In this document: in pieces, positions 1-13,885 of the stretch
Layout of the letters: every line of letters starts with the position of its first letter
Position numbering within the stretch: position 1 is the stretch's first letter
Assembly (NCBI GenBank): GCA_000165425.1
Contig: CT868016.1
Location: 62,001 to 126,000 of the forward strand
Length of the DNA: 64,000 nt
Source of the DNA: Paramecium tetraurelia
Lineage: Eukaryota
Direction of reading: 5' to 3'
Position numbers and translations under genes: made by a program
Notes under the pieces: generated by a model
Seen by the model: only the letters and a program-made list of their open reading frames with translations
The model's database searches: none
Told to the model about the DNA's origin: nothing

Positions 1-1156
1 TTGTATTTTTTGATTGCCTTTTGGAGAATTGATGGGTAGAGGTTTGGGTGCTATAATGGATTAAGCTTTGGCAGGATTTTGTTATGGTTATTAAGGGATT
101 TGTTTGATTTTAGGATCCTATTCTTTATTGGCAATTTCTTCTTTAACTTTTCGAATAGCATCTACTTGATCATTTTCTTATCGTTTTTTTTCTGGTTTTG
201 TCCAATCGTAAATGTAATCCAACTAAAGGTTCTATCTTTGTAGTGCTTATTTGAAGAGATTCCTCAAATAATTATAATCTGGTTTTTCTTCGAACTTTAA
301 TTTCTTAACATAATTTAAGTACTAAGTCATTTCTTCAGGTAATCCTGAGCAGAGTTGTTCGGTGGTAGTTTTAATTTTCTTTTCTTTGATTAAGACGTAT
401 TTGTCATTTTTATTATTGCATGCAAGATTCATCCAGGGTAGAGTACCTTTAGCTAGATAAACAAGAACGTAAGCCAAGCCTTCGAGATCGTCTCTTCTAC
501 TTTGTTCATATCCCAAATGAGTATTGATACTAGCGTAACGAGCAGTTCCAGTGAGTGGTTTGTTTTCTTTGAATGGGATATGACCATCTTTAGTTAAATA
601 TCTTTTGGCCAAACCCATGTCTACCACATAGAGTTTGGACTGCTTTTTACCAATACCCATGAGGAAGTTGTCAGGTTTGACATCACGATGTATGAAGGAT
701 CGTGAATGCATGAGTTCAAGTCTTGACACCATTTGTTCTGCAAGCATGCATACCTGAATTAATATGGATGTTACTGTTTTAATGGATAATTTGCGATGAC
801 ATTAAGCAAACAAATCTTCAATTGAGGATCCCAATAGCTCCATGACCAAGTAATTGTAATCTCCTTCAGTTGCTGCTCCGAATACTTTTGGAATGCCTTA
901 GAATTTGGATTTAGTCGGTACCTTTATCGAGTTGTTGTGTATCTTAATGAAGGAATGCATAAACTTTGGCTTCATATAGTATTTGAGGATATTGGCAATT
1001 GGTTCTTTCCAATTTGATAGCAAATTCCTCTTTCTGCTTATTTTAGGCTAGATAGATCTCTCCAAAAGCACCCATTCCCAGACGTTGGATGAGTTTGTAA
1101 TTTTATTGTTATAAGTAAGTATTTGATAAGTTTCGGTTGCCCAATGGATTATCCAT
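1..1156 (-). CDS. CK1: Casein kinase 1 family Ser/Thr kinase (3' end runs off the window)
   Basis: Code-6 translation from ATG 1156 gives [58 protein letters not shown]. Short GT..AG introns near 899-923 and ~755-775. Confidence 0.95.
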
Positions 1157-1174
1157 TATTAATTTACGTTTTTA

Positions 1175-1951
1175 ATGAGAATATTGATTGTAATAATTAT
1201 ATCAGTTACTCTAAGTGCATTCTAAGCCAGTTAGAATAATATTCAGGATTCTCAGAGGACTGATTTTGTAGAAAGAGTGGTAATAAATGAGATTAAATAG
1301 GACGTAGTTGATTAATTGGATCTGAATTCGTAAACTCCATTTGTAGATTAGATCAATGCATAAGTGGAATCATTGTTGAAAGTCAATGAAATGCAATAGA
1401 ACCATTCTGAAGATCCCTCACAATATCCCATCAAACAAGAATTCATACATTCAGTGTAATATTGGCTAGACAAATTAGATAATGATTAGCTCTCCTAAGA
1501 CTCATCAACCTAAAATGATATCAATAACCTCTAATAAGTCCAAGAACAACTAATAAATCAACCTGATTAGTCTACTCATCTTAGCAGATTGGCTAAATAT
1601 ATATAAATTCAATAAGTAGAGCAACAGTAGCAATCAGAAACACTCCCAAATAACCCCAATTCTAAAGTTGAGGAGACAAACCCTCTGAAATTGATGCTCC
1701 TCTATTCCGATAATCCCAAATAATACAACGATGAAATTGATTCACACCAAATCCTTATTACCAATGAACAAATTTTAGATCAACTGGAAAAAGAAAAACA
1801 AGATAAGATACTCAAAATGCAGAGTCTCATTATTGAACAACTCAAAGACAAAAAACCAGATCCTATTAAGGAGGAGAGTTTCTTAGAAAGGGATTACATT
1901 GAATGGGAAATGAAAACATTGACAAGTAACGACAATTTGAGGGCTAAATGA
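1175..1951 (+). CDS. Hypothetical secreted Q/E/N-rich protein, 258 aa
   Basis: Intronless 777-nt ORF in code 6. Signal-peptide-like start MRILIVIIISVTLSA; ends DNLRAK-TGA. Confidence 0.75.
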
Positions 1952-2016
1952 ATATATTATTTAATAAATATATATATTGTGATTCATATTACCAATCAAA
2001 AATAAATTTATTTAAT

Positions 2017-3006
2017 ATGGAGTATAGACCCCCTATGCAACCAAATAGAGAAATCCCTCAATCCATTTCGCAAATTCAATAGGAATAGAGAATGAAGTTC
2101 CAATTGCAACAGATTCAGGCCAAGATCATTGAAGAAAGACCCAATTTCCAAGAAATGCAAGGTGGACAACCTCCAAATAAACCCTGGTTAGGAGAAGATA
2201 TCTACATGGTTGTATTTCTGCTTACTGTTGAAAATGATCGATTGAGAGAAGAAAATACTCACTTTTAGCAATTACTGAATACGAGTGAAATGAGATACAA
2301 GGGAGTGGATTTAGTTGAAAATGAAGTTATATCTCAAAGAGTTAAAATAGGTGAATATGAAAAGAAACTAGCTTTATTGCAAATGGAATGCGAATAATGG
2401 AGAGTTAAATATTAAAATAGAGATAAGGAAAGTGAGGATCAGAGATATCAAAATGAACTTTAAAGAAGAATATAAGTGGATAGAGAAATACGAGAACTTA
2501 CGGCTAGATTCATCGCAGATAGAAATCAATTAGAATAAGAAAATCGATCTTTAAGAATCGAATTAGATTAAATTAAATTGTCAAAATATTCTTTTGAGGA
2601 CAACAAGAGATAGTGCGAATTCTTGTAAAAAGAAAATTAGAGATTGAAATAAGAATTAGATACTTTAAAGTATGTAAAATGCATTATTAATTTATAGGAA
2701 AGGTTTTGATGAATTAGAGTATGTATTGTAAAGTGCTGGAGACTTAGAATAAGAGAATCAGCATCTTAAAATACAAATTGAATAACTTTAGAAATAATTC
2801 TAATAATTACAATAACAACAATCCCAAATTGTTCAAAAACCTTAATCTACTAATAGAATTGAACTATGTAATCTAATCCATTATTCACTCTAGCCAATTC
2901 TAATCATAATGTTCTGCAAGAAAACAGGAGATTGAAAGATGAAAATGATAGGTTAAGAACATTACTCAATCTAGGAACTGGAAGCTATTCTAAACCATTT
3001 ATGTGA
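2017..3006 (+). CDS. Coiled-coil protein
   Basis: MEYRPPMQPNRE...VENDRLREEN...EIRELTARF heptad-rich sequence. Short introns near 2670-2697 and ~2867-2893; TGA at 3004. Confidence 0.75.
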
Positions 3007-3104
3007 ATTCCATAATTAACATATTATTACAAATATTCTACTTCTTTCATATCATATATTCATCAAATTATTACAAAATAATACACCATAAATAAAAATA
3101 TTAA

Positions 3105-3353
3105 ATGTAATTTGGAAAGCAAAAAGGCTCTCATCAAGGAACATCTTGGGAGAAACTCAAAAAGTCCATCTACCCAACCAATAAAGCTGAAAGAGAAAAG
3201 AGATTAAAACAATTTAGAGATATTGGAATATTTTTAGCTTCCATATTGGTTGTTAGTGTTTTTGAAAAAAAAATATAGAACTTGCTGAAAGTTGATAAAT
3301 CAGATATAACCTAATTTAGCAACATGTAAAGCTCAATGCATGCAGCCTATTGA
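3105..3353 (+). CDS. 82-aa single-TM microprotein, Tom5-like candidate
   Basis: MQFGKQKGSHQGTSWEKLKKSIYPTNKAEREKRLKQFRDIGIFLASILVVSVFEKKIQNLLKVDKSDITQFSNMQSSMHAAY*. AT-rich flanks on both sides. Confidence 0.75.
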
Positions 3354-3741
3354 TTTATTCAATGAATGACGAGATTATATAAACCATCCAAATAATTTTA
3401 ATCTCTTATGCAAGTCTTCTTAAAATATTATTTTTTTAATCAAATTTATGTGGTTATTTTATCAAACTCTTTATATCAATAAAATGTTCTTGTACAATGT
3501 CACGTCAACTTTTGAACCTACTTTCAAGGTTCATATGCCTATGCCTATATAAACATTATATTGTAATCTGAAAAATCACTAATTTATTATAATAATTATT
3601 TTCACATCACACTTAATTCTAGTATCCGATAATTATCTATCGCTTAAAGAACGCTGCTTGCAAGATGAGAATATCATTGTTCTATAAATATCTAGACTCA
3701 GAATTCAAAAGATATCATTTTACAGTTATTGAAATAATAAA

Positions 3742-5896
3742 TCATAGTATATAAGCTAAAGGTACATCATCTTCGAGAAGGACTTCAATTTCTTCTTCTC
3801 TGTCGTCCTTCAGTTCTAGAAAGGTCTCTTTTTAGTTTTTTATTACTTAGCCGTCATAAAACAAGGTTAAATTTTGTTGTCTTAATTTCTATTGAACTTA
3901 ATTAATTAAATATTGGATTACCTAATTGATATAGGTTTGAGTGTTCAAGTTCTTTATCAACTTGAATTAATTGATTTGGTGAAAATCCATCTGGAATCAT
4001 CTTGAGAATGAGGTTTACAAGTTTTCTTTCCTTCGAAATAACTTGTTCTTCCAAAATGAAGAGATTTTCACTTTCTTATAGAACACCTTAAATATTTGAA
4101 TTCAAGTTTACTCTATTTCCATTATACATTAATTCATAATTATCAGGTAATTAATATTCAGTTAACAAAGCCTTTTTAACTAAAGAGAATTTAATTGTAT
4201 ATTAATTGTACTTTTTTTACTCTATTCTTTAAATTCCATCCTTGTTATATTAAATGTGAATAATAACATTTGCATTATTTACTTAATCCTCTTCTTACGA
4301 AACAATTTAGTTTTAATATTCAGCATAAAGAGCCACTTCAATTATGCTGTCATTTGATATTCCAAGTTCTTTCAAACTCTTGCCTATGTCTACTGCCCTA
4401 TCATTATATTTGAGAATATAGGTATCTCCATATTTTTAGATTGATTTATAGATTATGGATTGAGATAAGATTATATTTTCATCTATTATTACTTATTAAG
4501 GGATTAGAATATCTGAATTTTCTTATTTGCAAATAATATTTACAATTATGATATTCGTATTTTCTGTTTTACCTTCTTCTTTGAAATTCTCCTCATCGTC
4601 TGTAAAGTATGGATTTTCTGTAAAGTATGGATTTTCTATAAAGTAGCCATAACTATGAATGCTGTTAGTAGCTTTATGTTACTCCTTATCGTGTCCAATA
4701 TTTTTCATTTATTACTCCTTTTACTATTATTAAATCTTATTACAAGGTTATATCTTATTATCATAGATAAGCTTATATTATATTAAGTAATGTTTATTTG
4801 CTTCAAAGCCTAACTATTAAAATGTTGTGTTATCAATATCTAATTATTGATTATCATGAAATATAAATTCCACGTTTATGCATTTATTATTTTAATTCTT
4901 AATTATATTTTTTAAAGCTCCCAAGGTTTACTTTAAATTAACAACTTTAACTTCTCTATTGGTCTTATTAAAGTCGTTTATGATTGTTATAATAGCTGAT
5001 TCATCCTTACTTTCTTCCACTTCTACAACACCGTCCATTAGATAATCTTTATCCTTGTCTTTGGGAAGTTTTGGAAGAACCTATCCATTACATTTAATTT
5101 AATAATCGGAAATGTTTAGTACTCTATGTTTCTTTCTTATTTCATTGATGTTGTCTTCTAAATTTTGATCAGTTTAAATCTAATACTATTCGGTACATTA
5201 ATTAAACTTATAAACTAAAGCGATATGTTGTTAACTATTTATGGTCAAGGTTTAGTAATTTGGAATTTGCAATGAATAGATGGTTTCTTTCATATTTTCC
5301 ATTCTATCTAGTTGAATTCTATCATTTTTAAATATTTAAAATCTCCCTTTAATTTGCAATTGCTTGCGTATTTTCTACTTAATATTTGAGATAGTATCAA
5401 ATACGGAGAAACGAAACAAGTATAATTTATCCAAATTCTAAATTTATAGATTAGCCTGCATCTGGAATTTATGTACTTTTTTTTAAGGTATTTAAAAAAG
5501 GGACTTCGTTTTGCATAACTTATTGCCATCAAGGATGACTTCCACTTGATAATCAGTCTTAAAGTGTTCTGCCAATTACCTTTCTACTTCCAAATAGCTT
5601 ATGTAAATATTCATAAAGAGAGTCTTGACTTATTTTTTATCTTCTTTCAACTAAAATTGAATGTAGTCAAAATAGGAAAATTACAAAGTTATTTTGCTAT
5701 TCTATTTTAATTCTAATTCTTCTATAGTTTTATCTGTATTTAACATTTTGTCATCTTGATAGGCAACTGCTAAAGTAGCATCATTGAATCTAAAGTTTTA
5801 TTTTATAGGATCTATCCCTGATTCTAAAAGGGATTTAGGATCAGCTTGAATCACAAAGATTTATTCAAACTATATGCACTCGAATTTTAATAGCAT
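3742..5896 (-). CDS. Protein of ~8 tandem diverged ubiquitin-like (beta-grasp) domains, 709 aa
   Basis: Open code-6 frame with one 25-nt intron (2155-25=2130 nt). Repeated ~70-75 aa units ending in ubiquitin-like motifs such as DKTIEELELKQNSKITL, TTFQQLGFEANKHYLI and KSLKELGISNDSIIEV. Confidence 0.8.
4600..4645. repeat. 18-bp tandem duplication (x2.5) encoding ENPYFT-ENPYFT in the UBL protein linker
   Basis: ctgtaaagtatggatttt occurs twice exactly, followed by a partial third copy. Confidence 0.9.
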
Positions 5897-5937
5897 TAAA
5901 ATTTATATATAATAATAAATTATAAATTTTGAATCAT

Positions 5938-7737
5938 TCAATTGTTAATTTACTCTATAAAGAACTTTGTGTTCCTATGAGTAGAATCAATTTCGAAAGT
6001 TTCTTAAAGTCTATTTTGGTTTAATTTTAAGATCAAATTAGTAGAAGCATTAATTTGATATAAATTTTTGAATTTATTAATAATATTTTAGACAGTCGTA
6101 TTGCACTTCACCTTTAATGTTATTTCGTCTTATTTATCAACAATGTATAATGTAATTGGTATCAAATTATTATCATTTATTCTGCTCTAATTGATTATGA
6201 GACTAGGTTTTTAATCTGTAAATTATATGACATCTCCTTCTTTGTATATGGCAAGTATGTTTTAACTTAATTCAGGTTAAGCATCGCGATGTATCAAACA
6301 ATAACTATTCGTAGAGCCCTAAAATAAACGTAGAAGATTTTATCTTAATTCTTCAAAAGTCCAATTGTCCTGAACTTCAATAATATGATTAGTCTCTCTA
6401 TATAATACCAAAACACTTTTCTTGATTATTTCAAAAATAATGCAATCATTATTTTATGCTCCAATTCCTTCAAAGGTATGCCCTTTTGAAATCTATTGAT
6501 CTCCTAACCAAAGTTAAGTTTGCTACCCTCCAACCAATTCCTATACATATGTATCGATTAAATCATTTTGAGCTACCTTCTTTATAGTCTTCACTTTGGT
6601 TTGTTTATTCAGAAATCCTATTTACAACCAAGAAAAAATCTAGCTTTAAGAGATTTCCTTATAGTATATAGTTATTTTCGGTTCCAATTTAATTTCATCT
6701 TAATTGGTTAATTGTTTATGAGAACTGTTATAAAAATAAATCCTTTTCTCTTTAAATTAAGGCAGACCTTGTAAGAATTAAAGATTAATAGGAGCATTAA
6801 TCTTTTTTTTAAATTACTATTTTGGATTGAGGTTATTTATCAGATACAAATCCTACATAATTATTTATTCTAATTTAAGTATTTCATAATCTTTAAGTTT
6901 AAGTTCCTAAACTGTTTATTCAGGCAGCAACTCCTAATTTCCCTTTGTTAAAGATACTTCCTCAGCAATCGCATATAATTACTTTAAATACGTAATTAAT
7001 TCTTTGATTTATACACATTTACTTACTTTAAAACTTTGGGTCTCAACAGAGGATACGATAAGTATGACACTATCTAGTATTTTTAGTTCTAGCTTTTAAT
7101 TTTGAGGAATAGAATAATTATAATAGTTATCACCCTCGTTATTAATTACTTATTCATTGTATATAAGCTCGAATTCTAATTCTAAATTTAATTTCTATCT
7201 AACCTTTTGGTTGATATGCTTAAAATCTTCATTTAATAAGGTCAGAAATGTGTATATTTCAGATTTATATTCTAGTAAAAACGTTGGCCTTGCTATACAC
7301 CTCAATTCACAATCCTTTAAAATTTATTATTGGTAGAGTGATTGATGAGGTTCCAAGAGAGTTTAACCTGAATAGAGATCCAAATGATAATTTGAAATGG
7401 CAAACTCATTATAAATTTGTTTGTTTAGGCATGTTAATTTATCATAGATATTTATTTTAGAAATTTCACAGGATTCTTGCATTTCATTCGTAATTTTTAC
7501 TTTAACATAGAAAAAGAGCTTAACATTTATACTTGATGAATTGTTGATATTTAGGAAATTGATTTTGAATTTTACATCCAATTTATTATTTTCGTAAAAC
7601 ACATCTACATTATGAAAAGGTAATCTATTCTATTCTCTAATTTTTTCAACCAATTTCTCCAAAGTCTCATTATCATTTATCTCGACTTAGATATCTTTAT
7701 CTAGATTATCTATGTGAACTTTATAAATTTTTTCCAT
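5938..7737 (-). CDS. Second protein of ~8 tandem diverged ubiquitin-like domains, 599 aa
   Basis: Intronless 1800-nt ORF in code 6. Units include DIQVEINDNETLEKLVEKIREQ...VFYENNKLD, EQTVQELKLKDYEILKL and GHTFEGIGAQNNDCIIF. Confidence 0.82.
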
Positions 7738-7741
7738 TTTT

Positions 7742-8082
7742 ATGTAATATTATTATTAAAGTTAAGAGAATATGTGATTCTTTTTATCTCAATTGAAGCA
7801 TTTAGCATTTAAGATTGCAATTAATAATAGTTCAGATTAGTAATAATAATTATATAACTTGTATAAGGATAAAAGGAATTGGAAGAATAAAAGAAATTAA
7901 TTGAAATGCTGGAGAACCAAAATTTTGAATAATCGAAGAAAGAGAACATATCAGAAAAAATAGAAATAGATTAATTGAATATTTATTATACTATTATCAC
8001 TGAATTCACAAAATAGAGTGTATAATTTAAGTTTAGTAAGTAATAAGCTAAATTTGATTCATTATTGAGATTGTTGAAGTGA
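7742..8082 (+). CDS. Small hypothetical coiled-coil protein (95 aa, tentative)
   Basis: An ATG-to-TGA model is restored by two canonical introns (25 and 28 nt): MQYYYQSQENIIQHLRLQLIIVQIRQKELEEQKKLIEMLENQ...LLRLLK*. Confidence 0.45.
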
Positions 8083-8703
8083 TATTTTGAAAAAGTTTCT
8101 ATTAAGGTTAGAAATAAAGGGCAAGTTTAAGCAATAAATGTTTCTAATAAATAAAAATACAAAAATTGTATAACATCAAATTAAATCAATCTTCTCTAGG
8201 GAAAGATATACAAATAATATTTAAATAAAAAGTAGAATTATAAATTCATAATGATTCAATACTTTATATCTTTGATTCTCCTTTTTTCGACTTCTTGCAA
8301 GGTGTGGTATAGTATGAAATGATGTTAATCTATTGTGATGTTAATTTAATGTTCAATTAATGTCACAATAATTATTAATTTGATGATTTAATTATTTCAA
8401 CTATTTTTTATTAATTAATTAAATGTAGATTTCTGTAACTGTAAATTTTAGTTTGCTATCATAAATTATGTATTTGATTAAGGGTATTAATACTCACTCT
8501 CATTTTTATCATAAATATTATAATCTCTCTTTAAAGATACTTTTATATTAATAAGTAGATTAAGCTTCATTGTAATGAAATTGGAGATTAACTGATAATC
8601 TTATTTTTTTAAGATAGATAGGATACATACAAGGTCAGATCTTATAGGATTGGTTGGCTTGTAAATAATTTTGTTGGTTAACTCAAATTAATATTTTTCA
8701 TTA

Positions 8704-9327
8704 ATGATTAAGCCTTAAATTATTGGGAATAATCAAGGAGGAGAACAAAGTTCTGAAGAGGATTTTATTAAAGCTGCAGCATATACTAAAATGATAAATA
8801 GAAGAATATCATATGTTTATTCTTTGTATGCATTAGCTGTTCATATTGTTCTAATTGTAGAAGTTTTCAATCATTAATAAATTCCCTCCTAAGTTTGTTC
8901 CATAGCATCAAGTGGTTTATTAATTATATAGCATTTTTACCATGGAACAATTATTACTATTTTGAATTTATATTTAACTTTACCACTCTGTGGGGTAGGT
9001 TATTTTCTAAGCAAAATGGAAGTAGCTAATACTCTAGCTTTTCTTTTTTAAATATGTTTGTGGTTAGGAGAGCAGCTCCACATAATTTTGCAATATAACA
9101 CTGATAACTTGATGAAAAAACGACCTGTAGTTCAATAAAGTACATATGATTAGAATGGCGAATAATTAATAATCAAAGCAGATGGGTAATAATCAAACAA
9201 ACCACAGCGAGAAACTACTAAAGAGATCAATGATTTAGGAGAAACACTTAGTATAGGTACTCGATAAATAAATAATAAATAAAAAGATGAGCATTAAGAT
9301 GAACGTCAATAGAACTTGGTTGATTGA
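8704..9327 (+). CDS. Hypothetical multi-pass membrane protein, 207 aa
   Basis: 624-nt code-6 ORF with 3-4 hydrophobic segments (YVYSLYALAVHIVLIV; IITILNLYLTLPLCGVGYFL) and a polar tail. Confidence 0.7.
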
Positions 9328-10018
9328 TAATTAATATATATGGCCAAAGCCCATTAATTGATTTATAAAGTAATAATCAATCATTATAATTTACTATTAA
9401 CATATGACCCTGGATCTAAATATTACTATTTATTTTCTTTATAATTTTCTTATTATAAATTAATTTTTAACATAACATAAAGATAAAGCAATTTTATGAA
9501 TTTATACTTAATTGTTTATCTAGACATTTTGTTGTTTTCATTTTTAATCAATTTTATGTAGACAAAAGAAGCCTTTTTAATAATAAGTAAATTTTTATAA
9601 AAATATTAAAAAGTGCAAAAGTTTAAAAATATATCCTTATTCCTTAGGAAGGTTTTAAAAAGTCTTTTTTAAATATTTTATCTATCGATATATTATATCT
9701 CATTCACGGTTAATGTATCTCAAAGGGACATTATAAAATAGATTATGATGTTTTTAAGAAGAATGATTACATTTAAGTTAAGAGTTGAAATTCCTATGAT
9801 TTGAAATAATTGTGGATTATTATAATTCTAAAGGGAAGGTAATTTAGGATTCGGATCATGATTAAGATATGCAATACTTATTATTCTTATGATGGAGCTT
9901 TGGTTGAGGTATTAGAATGTTTCTACCAAAAACAAAGATTTTATAGGTGTAAAGTTTAGGTAAAGATTTTTTAAATAATTTATTTTTTTTGTATTGATAA
10001 TAAAAATTTTATAACGAA

Positions 10019-11624
<1,606 letters not shown>

Positions 11625-12076
11625 CAAGTTTAATATTATTATTATATCACAAATAACTCAATTAATGTTCTTCATTTTTAAATTACTCTTTTTCCATTAA
11701 CAGTTTAATATTTTATTGATCTACTTTAGGTAATCAAATAAATAATTTAGAATATTGAGTTTTATCTACATACTATTATATTTTAAGATCTCTTTAAGAC
11801 AAAAAACAATAGTTAGATCAATATATTGTAAGAGAATTATATGGTTATCATTTTAATATTGTTTATATCCCTTTTAGAGACAGGTCTGATCTTATCAAAC
11901 TATGATTTATCTGATATCTATTCGTTATACATATTTTTAATTATACGAATTTCTTGGAAAATTTAATTTAATTTAAAATAAAATTTAATAATGATTTGAC
12001 ATTTTGGTATTAGAGAATAAGAACATATTAATATTACTTATACATTTAATATAAACATTATTCTACTCCTTATGCA

Positions 12077-13606
12077 TCACTCCGTCTACTTTTATCTCTT
12101 TAAAGGTTCTAAGTGATTGAAAATAGATTTTCTTATTGCAATTTTTTTCAAAAAATTACATTGAGTATTGCATCTCTAGCTTTCTCTTGGAGTTGAATCA
12201 TCTTCAAGTTAAAAGTTGCTGAGCTTTTTTCCGGCAATTTTAGTAAGAAACGAGGATTGCTATGAAGGATTGGTTATTGGACTTTGGGGTGATCTTGGAG
12301 TAGAAAAAGGACTACTCTTACCTATGGGAGGAGTTAACATAACATTCTGATTCGTAATTGATGCCTTCTTGTTCTTCAACTTAAAAACTTTAAGATTGCT
12401 TAAATTTTATTCCAAGAACCAAGGATGAATCAGTGCATCTTATAAATCTATTCTTTTAGATGGATAAGGTTATAGGATACTATTAATAAACTATAATCCC
12501 TTTGGACTCAAGTTTAAATTACTAGTTTTGACTTCTCCTTTATAATTTTATTAAACTTTCTGGTGAGTATTACCTTCAAAAGGTATTGTACCACTCAAGG
12601 CACAATACATTATAATTCCAACACTATACAAGTCAACTTTTAAATCATAAGCACAATCGTGCAGGATTTCAGGAGCTACGAATCCGACACTTCCACATCT
12701 GTGGAATAAATATTTAGCTTCTTGGTTATAAAAGTCAGCTAATCCATAATCTGTAACACAAAGACTGTCGAAATTTCCTTTTTCACGAAATACAATATTA
12801 TCAGGTTTCAAATCCCGATGGAAGATTCCAAAACTGTTAATGTGATTAAGAGAGACCAATAGCTTATAGATAATTTAAGCTGTCTGTTTTTCCGAAAGAG
12901 GAGCATACTTATCAAGGTACGAACTAAGATTTCCACCTTTAAGTAATTCCATGACTACATAGATATAGCATTATGTTTCGTATAATTCCAATAATGACAC
13001 TGTAGATTCATGATAGATTGTTCTTAGGACCTTTATCTCCTTTAATAATGATTATTTGTCTAAATGAGAATTTATAAATGATTTTTCGAACATTTTTACT
13101 GCGAAATAATCATCAGTTTATTTTTTCTTGGCTGAGTAGACCTAATAAATGGTTATAAATCATATATACCTCTGCGAAGGCACCTTGTCCAAACTTTTTT
13201 ACTAGTTAGAATTTCATTCTGAATTCTTCTTGAACAGTGTATCGTTTTATGATTTTAATCAAATTTTCTATGTCTCCTCTTATAGCCACGAGGTTTTGGC
13301 CTTAAGATAGTTCGAGAGTGCTTGTTTATTCTCTTGGATTCTTAATTATTTTCAACGACGCATTTAAATAACATATCCATTTCAAGTCATTCTAAAAATA
13401 ATGGTCTATTATACTTATTTAGTATTGGTGAGTATGAATTCATTTTTTATTTAGAGAAGTTTCGTTTTCCATTTGCCATTGTTGATTTAAATTTTGAGAT
13501 GGGCAGAAAAGGTGATCGATTAAGTATCGCAAGGACAGGCTTCATAACACCAGGTTGGAAATCTTGTATCGTAAGTCTCAGAGAAAAAAGATTAAGTAGC
13601 AGCCAT
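12077..13606 (-). CDS. CaMK-like Ser/Thr kinase with N-terminal PH-like region
   Basis: FGQGAFAEVY, FAVKMF, HRDLKPDN, DYGLA, CGSVGFVAPE. Introns of 23 and 28 nt; S/P-rich tail ending in TGA at 12077. Confidence 0.9.
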
Positions 13607-13885
13607 ATTGTAAATATATTATAGGAATTAAAAAGCAAATGCAATTAGCTTTGTATTGTAAATAATTTCAGACAGTAAACATGTCTATATTATTGTAAAT
13701 AAATTATGCTTTTGATTTTAATTTAAATTATTTCTTTGTTTGTTTGGTAAAATTTACTATTATTGATGACGCATTAGGTAATTAATAATTAAGGTTGTAT
13801 GGTCAGCAATTCCATTTCATACACATTATAAAATCTAATATTTAAGAATATAGAGAATTATTAAATACTAAGAAAATAATTTATA

